This document shows positions 1-10,161 of a stretch of 64,000 nt of DNA, piece after piece. Positions within the stretch are counted from its first letter, which is position 1. The number at the start of each line of letters is the position of its first letter. The notes under the pieces are model-generated. The model was not told the DNA's origin, ran no database searches, and saw nothing but the letters and a program-made list of their open reading frames with translations. Source of the stretch: Felis catus (taxonomy: Eukaryota); the NCBI RefSeq assembly GCF_018350175.1, contig NC_058383.1:21206001-21270000 (forward strand). The letters are read 5' to 3'. Position numbers and translations under genes: made by a program.

Positions 1-1
1 C

Positions 2-1543
2 CAAAAGGCTGAGCTGATAGCGCTCACCAAGGCCCTAGAACTATCCGAAGGGAAAAAGGCTAACATATACACAGATAGCCGATATGCCTTTGCAACGGCT
101 CATACACATGGGAGTATTTATGAAAGAAGGGGCCTACTAACCTCAGAAGGAAAAGAAATTAAAAACAAAGCTGAAATCATTGCATTATTAAAGGCCCTTT
201 TTCTTCCTCGAAGAGTAGCCATAATTCATTGCCCCGGGCATCAGAAAGGACAAGACCCAATTGCAACAGGAAATAGACAGGCAGACCAAGTAGCCAGGCA
301 AGTCGCTGTGGCAGAAACGTTGACCTTGACCACAAAACTTGAAGAAACCAATCTTACGACCAACAAATATGCTTACACCCCAGAAGACCAGGAAGAGGCA
401 AAGGCCATAGGGGCTATACTGAATCAGGACACTAAAGACTGGGAAAAAGAAGGAAAGATAGTCCTTCCCCGAAAGGAAGCCCTGGCAATGATCCAACAAA
501 TGCACGCCTGGACACATTTAAGTAATCAGAAGCTGAAGTTACTGATTAAAAAAACTGACTTCTTAATCCCTAAGGCAGGCACCCTCATAGAACAGGTGAC
601 CTCCGCCTGTAAGGTCTGTCAACAGGTAAACGCTGGGGCTACCCGAGTGCCAGAAGGAAAACGGACTCGTGGTAACCGCCCAGGAGTCTATTGGGAAATA
701 GACTTTACTGAAGTAAAGCCTCACCATGCGGGGTATAAGTACCTATTAGTGTTTGTAGACACCTTTTCAGGATGGGTAGAAGCCTACCCCACCCGACAAG
801 AAACAGCACACGTGGTAGCCAAGAAGATTTTAGAAGAAATCTTCCCCAGATTTGGACTTCCCAAGGTAATCGGGTCAGATAACGGGCCGGCCTTCGTTTC
901 CCAGGTAAGTCAGGGGCTCGCCAGGACACTGGGGATTAATTGGAAATTACACTGTGTATATAGGCCCCAGAGCTCAGGACAGGTAGAAAGAATGAATAGA
1001 ACAATAAAAGAGACCCTTACTAAATTGACCTTAGAGACTGGCTTAAAAGATTGGAGACGCCTCCTATCTCTGGCTTTGTTAAGAGCCAGAAATACACCCA
1101 ACCGTTTCGGGCTCACCCCATATGAAATCCTTTATGGGGGACCCCCCCCCTTTTTGTCAACCTTGCTCAATTCCTTCTCCCCCTCCGATCCTAAGACTGA
1201 TTTACAAGCCCGACTAAAAGGGCTGCAAGCGGTGCAGGCCCAAATCTGGACACCCCTGGCCGAACTGTACCGGCCAGGACATCCACAAACTAGCCACCCA
1301 TTTCAGGTAGGAGACTCCGTGTAAGTCCGGCGGCACCGCTCTCAAGGATTGGAGCCTCGTTGGAAGGGACCTTACATCGTCCTGCTGACCACGCCCACCG
1401 CCATAAAGGTTGACGGGATCGCCGCCTGGATTCACGCATCGCACGCCAAGGCAGCCCCAAGAACCCCTGGACAGAAAGCTCCCAAAACCTGGAAGCTCCA
1501 CCGTTCGGAGAACCCTCTTAAGATAAGACTCTCCCGTGTCTGA
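2..1543 (+). pseudogene. pol: Pol C-terminal part (RNase H + integrase), open from the window start, with one in-frame TAA at 1322-1324
   Basis: The frame from nt 2 reads QKAELIALTKAL...NIYTDSRYAF...IIHCPGHQKG (RNase H). IN motifs: HHCC (HAWTH...CKVC) and DDE (WEIDF, GSDNG, VERMN). After GDSV* the same frame continues [26 protein letters not shown] (GPY/F module) to the stop at 1543. Confidence 0.95.
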
Positions 1544-1577
1544 CTGCTAATCCACCCTGTCCCTGCACGAACCCAAA

Positions 1578-1904
1578 ATGAAACCCCCAGCAGGAATGGT
1601 CTTTCTGTGGGTCCTCACAAGCTTGGGGGCGGGAATTGGAGCTAAAATTGTCAAAGAGGGGAACCCACATCAGGTTTATACCTTGACTTGGCAAATCTAC
1701 TCCCAGAGCGGGGAAGTTGTCTGGGAGGTCCAAGGTAACCATGCGCTTAATACTTGGTGGCCCCCACTTACCCCTGATTTTTGCCAGCTGGCAGCTGGAT
1801 TAGACACTTGGGATATCCCCCTGGTTTACCACTTTAGTCTCCTCCCTCATGGGCCCCTTAATACTCCTACTATTAATACTGGTGTTCGGACCCTGCATCC
1901 TTAA
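1578..1904 (+). CDS. env: Truncated Env ORF (108 aa): signal peptide + SU N-terminus (81 aa env-derived) + 27 frameshifted residues
   Basis: ATG at 1578, hydrophobic leader [15 protein letters not shown], then [10 protein letters not shown] and [15 protein letters not shown], typical of a gammaretroviral SU start. Homology ends at DTWDIP (1820). Confidence 0.85.
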   Translation: MKPPAGMVFLWVLTSLGAGIGAKIVKEGNPHQVYTLTWQIYSQSGEVVWEVQGNHALNTWWPPLTPDFCQLAAGLDTWDIPLVYHFSLLPHGPLNTPTINTGVRTLHP

Positions 1905-2019
1905 CCGCTTGGTACAATTCATAAGAGAAAGACTCTCTGTCATCCAGGCCTTGGTCCTAACTCAACAGTACCACCAACTAAGACAATTTGACGCAGAAAG
2001 GCCAGATACAATCGAATGA
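1816..2019 (+). pseudogene. env: Env TM C-terminus (membrane anchor, cytoplasmic tail, R peptide), +1 out of frame relative to the env ATG
   Basis: Reads [67 protein letters not shown], with the GPCIL and YHQL motifs. Confidence 0.93.
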
Positions 2020-2037
2020 AAGGTTTCATTCGACGCC

Positions 2038-2054
2038 AAAAGAAAATGGGGGAA
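2038..2054 (+). other. Polypurine tract (plus-strand primer)
   Basis: AAAAGAAAATGGGGGAA lies immediately before the LTR TG. Confidence 0.9.
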
Positions 2055-2447
2055 TGAAAGACCCCTGCTTAGCTTAATAACACACCCCCACCCTATCTTC
2101 AGTTCCGTAACGCCTCACTTGCAGGGCTTGCACTTCCACCAGTTGACAAACAGGATATCTGCAGTTAGACATCCGTACCCTGGGAGAGCTGTACCCCCAC
2201 CTTTCCCTACGCAAGACAGGAACAGGTTTTCACATAAATAACGATGACCGCTTTCATCTCGCTTCTGTAAACCTGCTTACGCTCCCAAACCGGAGGTCCC
2301 CTGCCGCTTCGCACCCGGGCTCCAAGTTGCATCTGCCGAGAGAAACTCCATTTCCCAAGCTTTCCCAGGACGAAATTACCCCCAACCCTAACCACCACCG
2401 AGCAGAGAGCCTACCACCAGCCTGTATGCAAATGTAACTCAAAATGG

Positions 2448-2454
2448 TATAAAA
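2448..2454 (+). promoter_or_regulatory. LTR TATA box
   Basis: TATAAAA at the expected U3 position, about 70 nt upstream of the poly(A) hexamer. Confidence 0.85.
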
Positions 2455-2516
2455 GACCTGTAACCCCGTATATCGGGGCTCTCCCGCTTTCCAACACTGG
2501 GGAGCCCTGGTGCACC

Positions 2517-2522
2517 AGTAAA
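2517..2522 (+). terminator. LTR polyadenylation signal, variant AGTAAA
   Basis: It is the only AATAAA-like hexamer in the R region. Confidence 0.7.
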
Positions 2523-2959
2523 GACTCTCTGCCGAAATCGGAGTGCCGAGTGGTTCTTTGCGCCAACTCTCATTCCATAGGGCCTAGGAGCTTGGCTCCT
2601 AACATCTATTGTGGTTCTCCTACATCAGCACATCTGCAAAGAACCCCTTCGTAAATAAGCCTTCCTTGAATAACGCTATTCTATCACCTTCCTGTGAAGC
2701 CCCTGTCGAACACAGGGGCCTCATTAAGGCTCTGACTCTGGTAGCACTCCGAATTAATATTTTAGGAGTCCTGTAATTACCTTGTGAATAACCCAACGAC
2801 ACCGCATTGTACCTTTTTACGTTAAAAGCATTACTTATGTAGGTGGGAACATTCCTTTTAAATGCCAAATTTTTGCATGGCTGTTTTGGCCTTGAAAAAC
2901 GAACGCTGGCCTGGATTTGCCTTATCCCCATGAGACCTTGATGTCCCCCAAACTTGATT

Positions 2960-3080
2960 CGGCGGCAGTGAGGTACCATGACCAGGAAAACAGGCTTTGG
3001 AGTTCGACAGACTTAGATGCAAAACCCCGGCTCGTCTTCCTTGGCTGTGTGACCTTTGGCCGGTCACTTACCCTGGCGGC
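2960..3080 (+). mobile_element. MIR fragment
   Basis: CAGGCTTTGGAGTTCGACAGACTTAG...GGCTGTGTGACCTTTGGCCGGTCACTTACCCT resembles the MIR core. Confidence 0.65.
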
Positions 3081-4766
3081 CTGCAGAGGCTCCTGTTGGT
3101 CCTTCCAAATTTGGACTCTGGCTCCGAAAATATTTCCCGTCTCAGTGTGTGCGCCCAACACCTACTCCGTGCCACGGCCCCAACCGGGACAGCACCCCAC
3201 TAGTCGGCATACGGGTATCTTGCACACCAAGCCTGGTCTCTTTAAACGGAAGTTCTCGGTGCCTGGGAAAATCATGTGCCATCAGCTTCCATATTCGTCA
3301 GCTCGCACCTTTCGTTGCCAGCACGTAGCAAATTGTGTACATCTGGGGGAAGCAAAGCTGGAGACCCACTCCGTAGGGGCAGGATGTCTGAAACAACAAA
3401 ACGTGAGTTATTTTTGAAATGTTTCCTTTTCGGGCCCTCCTACTCACCGTAATATCTGGCTGAGGTGTGAATGGCTGACTCCAGCAGGTATCGGGAACAG
3501 ATGGAAGCGCCTAATTATGTCTCTTACACGGGAGGAGAGATAAAGCTGTTAATCGCTAATTGTACACCTCTCCTGTTTCCCCACCGCAGGGCCGTGGGGC
3601 AGAGGCCACCTCCCGAACCGAACACAAACATGGCCTGGGCCCGTGGCTGAAAAAAGAAGTGTTTAAAGCTGTCGCAGCACGTCTCCGAGGCTGCCGGCTC
3701 GCTTCCAGGGCTGGCGAGGAAGGGGGTCCAGGAGTGAGGAGGCAGGTGGTCCTGGCGGTCTCCGGCTCCCCGTGCCCTGAGCCAGCGAGGACCCTGCCAT
3801 TGAAGGCTCGGCCAACAAAAGCTCAGCATGGAGGGTAGCAAAGCGATGCTTCCCCACCAGGAAGTGACATCCGGTAATTGCATCCAGCGTGCTTTGGGGT
3901 GAACTGGTGACACCGGAGAATGCATGGGACACGGAGGTCTGCAGGCACCAGCTTGCATGCACCTACCTCCTCAGTGGATACGGGTAGTGTTGCCATCTAG
4001 AATCTTCCTCCATCTTCCAAGCCGTCAGCCGGTGGCGGTGGGGGGGGGGGTCAGAGCCCCCCCCCCACCCCCCCCATCTTGCAGGGAGGCACGCCGGCGC
4101 AATTCTTGTTACGTGAGAGGCAGCGACGTGGCCGGGTGGTACCTTCCAGGGTGACTAGACACTCCGTTTCCGCAGGCACAGTGATTGGCTCACGGGTGGT
4201 CATGTGACACGAGCCTGCCCAATCAGAAGGCTGGGCCTGAAATTCCTGAAAAAGAAGCGTTCTCTGGAATGGTTATCCTACCGGGGATTGTAAGCCGCCG
4301 GGGGCCCCGCCTCGTGTTCATCCCGAGTGTAGCAGAAGCTGCGGACGCCGCGCCCACCTGAGTTCGGCTACGGCGGTGCCAGGCTGTTCCCAGCTCAGGC
4401 ACCTGCTTCTCTTGTTCTCTGCCTGAAGGCTTCCGCTGGCGCCCAGGACCCTCCTCTCAAGCTTGAAGTGAGAGAGAGCTGATACACTCAGACAACCTTC
4501 GCCAACAGGAAACGGAAAGCAGCGGATTAACGCTAGGGTGCCCCTGCTCTCTGATGGGATGCTCTCTGATGGGATGGTCCTGAGCGCGCCCTGCGCGGTC
4601 TCTAAGAACATCCCAGGGTGACTCCCCCACAGTGGTCACCGGCTCACCAGTGCCTCGTGGATCGCCGTTTCTCCCACCTCAGTCCCACCTCCCCCGTTTC
4701 CTCCCTTGTGCTCCTCTTGCCGGCAGGAGAGTCTGCGCTGTGTGTAGGGAGGTCTCGGTTATTGGA

Positions 4767-4837
4767 TTCCCCAAGAAAAGGTTTGCGGAGGGATCTGTGT
4801 TCCCCAAGAAAAGGTTTGCGGAGGGATCTGTGTTCCC
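4767..4837. repeat. Perfect 33-bp tandem duplication
   Basis: TTCCCCAAGAAAAGGTTTGCGGAGGGATCTGTG occurs twice, followed by TTCCC. Confidence 0.95.
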
Positions 4838-5377
4838 GTAAAGACAGCCGGCAGGAAAGCAGCTAGCATACGGCAGTTTGTTAAGGACAGTACGCTCTCA
4901 GGACGGGAGGGTGGGCAGGCCCAGAGGTGGAAACGGCCCTGTGGCTGCAGGGGTCTTGGGTCATGGCCATGGTGACATGGTGGTCTCTAATAGAGGCTGC
5001 TTCCAATCATTTGGGGGACTCCTCCCCCTGGTCAGGAGGGGGAGTTTTTGACCCTTTAAGGTTTGTACCAGAACCGACATGGTAGCCTTCTTCCATTGGG
5101 GGGCCGGGCGGCGAGGGTAAAACCACAATGCAGATGCATCATAAAGAGTCTAGGGGTTACCGCAGGGCAGCGGTGAAGAGAAGAGAGCGTGTTCTGCACC
5201 TGTAGCTCTCGGTCTGTCAATCCCGCCGCGCTGGAAGCCATCAGGCCAGGATGTTGAGAGCCACAAAGTCAGGATGCTGTGCCCCCCAAGCTTCTAATGT
5301 GTAACCTACTTATCACCGCCCTTGCCTCCGGCTCACCTCTAACTAACTGCCCACTCTATCACTTCCTGGGGTCACCT

Positions 5378-5840
5378 CCTGTTTAGTTCGGTGCCCCCGA
5401 GAAGCAGGTGCCCAGATGAGATTAGACATGCAAGGAATTTATTGGGAGAAGTATTTGTAAAGGCAAAAAGGGGAGGAGCTGGCGAAGGCGGGTCTCGTTC
5501 TGCAAAGGGGAGAGAAGGGGAGAAGGATGGAGGGGGCAACCAGGCAGGCAGCCATGGGCAGCGGTGCAGTTCCAAGACAAGTTTGGCCAGGCCAAGGAGG
5601 GGCTCTCCAGCCAAAGCCATCTGTCAGGGGAGTCCCGCATCTACCACACGCGTGGGCCGGTTTCAGTGGCCTGACTGTGCTCAGGCATTCCTGGGAGCGG
5701 CCCATGGGAAGCGTGGCTTTCATGTGCACGTGATGGTGGATCAGGAAGTGTATCCTGATGCAACTGTACTTCCTGCAGCATCGGATCTGAGTGGTGCATT
5801 TGCATGGTCACTACATCTCCCAAATAAACTACCTGCACCA
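5378..5840 (-). mobile_element. Ancient ERVL-type LTR relic (LTR33/LTR16-like)
   Basis: GAAGCAGGTGCCCAGATGAGATTAGACATGCAAGGAATTTATTGGGAG resembles the reverse-complement 3' end of these LTRs. Confidence 0.5.
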
Positions 5841-5848
5841 GAGTCTGA

Positions 5849-6053
5849 TTTTTTTTTAATTTATTTTTGAGAGAGAGAGAAACAGAGCATGAGTGGGGGA
5901 GGGGCAGAGAGAGAAGGAGACACAGAATCCCAAGCAGGCTCCAGGCTCCAAGCTGTCAGCACGGAGCCCGATGACGGGCTTGAACCCACCAACTATGAGA
6001 TCATGACCTGAGCAGAAGTTGGAGGCTTAACCGACTGAGCTGCCCAGGCGCCC
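5849..6053 (-). mobile_element. Can-SINE (feline SINEC)
   Basis: Poly(T), (GA)n and a tRNA-like head ending GGCGCCCC. TSD CCAGAGTCTG(A/C)TTTT. Confidence 0.95.
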
Positions 6054-6326
6054 CCAGAGTCTGCTTTTAGTAGTGGGAGTGGTGGTAGGTTAACTCAAAC
6101 TATGATGATAAGAAGGCCTGAGAAGGAACCATATATAGAAGAAAACAAAGCACCTGGATCGTTTGGACACCTGGATCCAGCCATTCCTGATGTGAGATAA
6201 TCCATCGAATGTTGCCGTTACAGAAGTCATTACGTGTCCTTTGTTTGTTGTTTTGATCTTTGTACTTGATGTTTCAGCTGGTTGGTGTTGGGTTTCTGTC
6301 AATTGCAATCAAAAGGATATTGTCTA

Positions 6327-6495
6327 TATAGAAAAGACGCTTAAATTCTGAGAACAAACTGAGGGTTGATGGGGGGTGGGGGAGAGGAGAAAGTAGATGA
6401 CGGGCATTGAGGAGGGCACCTGTCGGGATGAGCACTGGGTATTGTATGAAAGCCAATTTGACAATAACTTCTATCTAATATAAAACAATAATAAA
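6327..6495 (+). mobile_element. 5'-truncated carnivore L1 3'-end fragment inserted in an MLT1 LTR end
   Basis: GAGAACAAACTGAGGGTTGATGGGG...GATGAGCACTGGGTATTGTATG plus an A-rich tail. TSD AAAAGGATA(T/C)TG(T/C)CTA at 6311-6326 and 6496-6511. Confidence 0.85.
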
Positions 6496-7575
6496 AAAAG
6501 GATACTGCCTAATACAGATAGCTAGATATCAGTTTTGACTAGTATTGCTCTGAAATTCATTTTGTTTCCCTTGGATTTAGTAAGCCAGCCATGTGAAGAT
6601 TTTCTTCCCTAAGCCTTCTCTATGGCAATCCTTGGCCCTCTCCCTTCTCTCCGCTCAGAACATTATGGCACAGGGGACCCTAGAACCCGCCATCTGATGC
6701 TTAGTTTAGTTCCTTTGCTTGTACTGGGCCTGTCCGGGGCTCTGTGCTGTGTGGGGACAGGAAATGCTGGTTGAGTTGAAGGAAAGTATTTAAATGTGAC
6801 TCCCCATAAATTGTTACTGACCCTGGACAAATGGACCTACTGGCAAAGCTGCTAATTAATCCAACAATAATTCCGAGGCAATCAGGCTTCATTAACGTGG
6901 GTTCTGGCCTCATTTTCAGAAGTGCTTTGGATTGACAACTGTGGCCTGGCAGCTAGACCAGGTATGTCTAGCCAATGAATCGTGATGCCTTCTGTCACCT
7001 CCACTCCCTGGGAATTTAGACAGATCAATCGATCCCTCTTTGGAGCCAGCCATCTCTACTGGCAAAGGAAAAAGTCTGCGCCAGGGTTTCTGACTCCTTC
7101 AGCAGCTTCCTCACCCAGCCGGCTTCTTCTGCAATTTCATGGGTAAAGGGAGGCCCTAAGGCCTGAGCGTTTCAGTTCCTTACCACCAACTGCGAAATCC
7201 GACGGCAAAGAGTTCTGTGCAAAAGACAACCAGATGCCTTTGGACACAGAAATTAATCACTTACAGTTCAAAATAAGTGATCTTTATTTTTCAAAGATAC
7301 AGATGAATTTGAATAAAGAGCATAAGAGCATACAGGCATTTTTTTGGTACTGTTCTTGCAATTTTTGATAAGATTAAAATAAATAAAATGTTTTGAATAC
7401 TGGAGAAAGTAAGGTGCTTTAAATTTGTCATTTGGATAAGGTACAAATTTGGGGAACCATTGCTCTGTCTTGTAGAAAGCCCTTATCTGAGCATATGAAT
7501 AGCACGAATAGCATTTTTCCTTGATTCCTGTTACTGACAGAGATTTTCTCCCATTTTTTAAAACACTTATTAGAT

Positions 7576-7785
7576 GGGGTGCCTGGGTGGCTCGGTTCAG
7601 TTGAGCGTCAGACTTCAGCTCAGGTCATAATCTTGTGGTTCGTGGATTCGAGCTCTGTGTCGGGCTCCGTGCTGACAGCTTGGAGCCTGCTTTGGGTTCT
7701 GTGACGCACTCCCTCTCTTTCTGCCCCTCCCCTACTGGTACTCTCTCTCTCTCTCAAAACAAATAAACATTTAAAAAAAATTTTT
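7576..7785 (+). mobile_element. Can-SINE
   Basis: GGGGTGCCTGGGTGGCTC head, (CT)n tract and AATAAA/A tail. Confidence 0.93.
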
Positions 7786-9938
7786 TAACATCTGTTTGGT
7801 CATTTCAATTACTTGAGCTATCTTGAACTGCGATCTCCCAATGAACAGTTTAGAAAGTGGAGTCTACCGATTAGTAAGATTTAGTTTCTTATCTAGACTA
7901 GAATCTGGGATCCATTCTTACCTCTAAGCGTATGGTTCCCGTGAAGATTTTCACTCCAAGAACTTCTTGACCTACTTTTGGCTTTTTGCCACAGCTGAAC
8001 AGAATGGCTTCCCTCTCTCCATTTTGAAGGATGCACCACCAAATGGGCCACTTGTTAAAAAATAAACATTTCCGCCCAGTGGGACTGATTCAGAGCCTGT
8101 GAATGACCACGCGTTTCCCGGCGGTCTGAGCAAAAACACTCTGCCGACCTCCAACCTCCCCAAGTACTCAGGAACAATGTATCTTCCAAGATGCCCTTCT
8201 TGTCCCTTCTCCCAAAGTAATTTTGCAGAAGTGACAGTAATTTTAGAATGTCAAAATGCATGACCTGGGCAGAAAATAACAAAGACAGATATAGCTAGTG
8301 AACACGGTCTTCCCACGAGAAGAGCTCGTCACCTTAGGCGGCAAAGAGAGGAAGGGTCGCCTTGCCTTCCCTTCATAATTTGTTGAAATATGTATTAAGA
8401 ACCTGCACTCTGACAAAAATTGTGCCAGGCACATGGGATACAAAGATAATAACATTCATCTCCATCTCCGTCTTTGATAAACACAGTCTGCCAGGTCAGA
8501 ATCTCCCACAAATCGGTGACAGGTGTGCAGAAAGTTTAATCCCATCAGCCACTGGGGCAGCCAGGAGGGTCTCGGGGTGGGTAAGTCCCTCCGTGTGGTC
8601 AAAGCACATGGCAGGCTCCTCCACTGCTCCCAATGTGCCCTTGAAATCACACCATTGTTCATGTGTACCATCACATGGCAGAGATCAGGAAGCACTAGAA
8701 GAGTCCGACAACTCGAGAAATAATGACAACTTTTGCCAGTGCTTATCGTGTATTTGTTTCTGTTCTAAGTGCTTCACACACAGGGCCTCATCATCTCCTC
8801 ACGACAAACTTCAAACATTAGGTAACAGCATTTTCACTGTTCAGATAAGGAAGCTATGGCAAAGGGTAAGGTACTTACTCAAGCTCACTCCAGACAGTAA
8901 AGGACAACCCAGGTTCAAAGCCAGGCTTTCCGGTTCTAGATGCGTTCTTCATCATGACGCTGTGCTGCCTCTGGAAGACATAACCATGAGTACATTATGG
9001 TAAATCCTGTAACTTTCGTATGCAGAAAACACTGTGGGTATCCAGAGGACGGGGTAACCCTGTCTTCCTGGGAGAACCGGAGCCCTCACCTAAATACCGG
9101 CTGATAGGAGATAGTCCTGAACAACATTTCCTGGACTTCAATAACAATATTTGGGGAAACAAAGAATTAAAAGTCTTGTCTTCAGTTAGAGATCACTACG
9201 ATGTGATGGTAACCAAGAATCAGAGTGAGTGAGGTGGAAATAACAGCAGGATCACAAGGCCAGAACGTCAACAGGATAAAGGCTCTCGGGTCCTGGGAGT
9301 CAACCTGTGTGCTTGGTTCAGTCCTGAGCTGTTGACGGTGGGCTGCTGGCTTTTCACGAGGAGTGTAGTCTGCATTTGATCTGGGGGATTCTGGGACGTG
9401 GGCTGGTTGATTTTGTGCTGGCCTGTTCTCAAGAACTTGTTGGAAATTTTGGCCAGGACTTGGCAAATGGAAAGGATAAGGAATAACTTGCCCCAATTTC
9501 TTATTGAATTTATCCATTCTTCACTGTCACTTACAGTAATTTCCTAATTTGAACCGGTTACGCAACGGCAAAACCCCGCAACAGCCCCTCACAATCCACA
9601 GGGCGAGGCCCAAGCTCTATTCTTCAGTCTGATGTGAAGGACCCCGTGTGAGCCCTGGTTATCTGGCCAGCTCGGTTTATCATCATCTCCTCCGGTCTTC
9701 AGCCACGCCACATTCCCATTCTTCTCCAACATCACAGGCTACATTCTTACAAGTTTCTATAACTATTTGTATGTGATTTCTTCTGCTTGGAATATCTTTC
9801 CTCTGCAAATACAGCTGAATAAAACCTATCAACTATTCATACATTCATACAGAGCTCTAAAGAAAAGGTTTTCATGATCCCCTTACTCAACGTCTTGAGC
9901 AAAGTTCTATTAGATTTTCTCTATGCTTCCTTGCACAG

Positions 9939-9972
<34 letters not shown>

Positions 9973-10161
9973 CCTACCTATCTATCTGTAAATCTGTATC
10001 AATGTCTTTATTTCTATCTATCTTTCTATCTAGGTAGATAGATCTAGACAGATACAGGGAGAGATCTACACAGGTATCTATAGGATAGATGGATAGATAG
10101 ATAATCGATAGGTAGATAGATAATGACTGATAAATAATTGATACATAGATAGGTGATAGAT

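Larger units (their letters stand above)
1..2604 (+). mobile_element. Endogenous gammaretrovirus provirus, 3' part (ERV-DC / FcEV group), defective
   Basis: Order is pol (RNase H, IN), env, PPT, LTR. Pol is BaEV/RD-114-like and env is MLV/FeLV-type with a PHQ motif. The LTR runs TG...CA and is followed by host DNA. Confidence 0.93.
2055..2604 (+). mobile_element. 3' LTR (550 bp)
   Basis: Starts TGAAAGACCCC and ends CTCCTAACA. Contains an MLV-like AAACAGGATATCTG site (2148-2161), TATAAAA (2448-2454), AGTAAA (2517-2522) and a U5 hairpin TAGGAGC-ttg-GCTCCTA (2585-2601). The expected 4-bp TSD is TCTA (2605-2608). Confidence 0.9.

Noticed and set aside
188..1742. Antisense ORFs over pol/env
   Set aside because: They are short shadow ORFs of the retroviral coding strand with no independent support.
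1..2604. Assignment to a specific numbered ERV-DC locus or to Refrex-1 itself
   Set aside because: This cannot be determined without alignment. The ORF here appears much shorter than the receptor-binding-domain-containing Refrex-1 products.
4767..4837. CRISPR-like 33-bp repeat
   Set aside because: The two copies are adjacent with no spacer, in eukaryotic DNA.
8362..9003. 213-aa ORF
   Set aside because: Non-ATG start, the 3' half runs through a MIR relic, and it has no recognisable domain.
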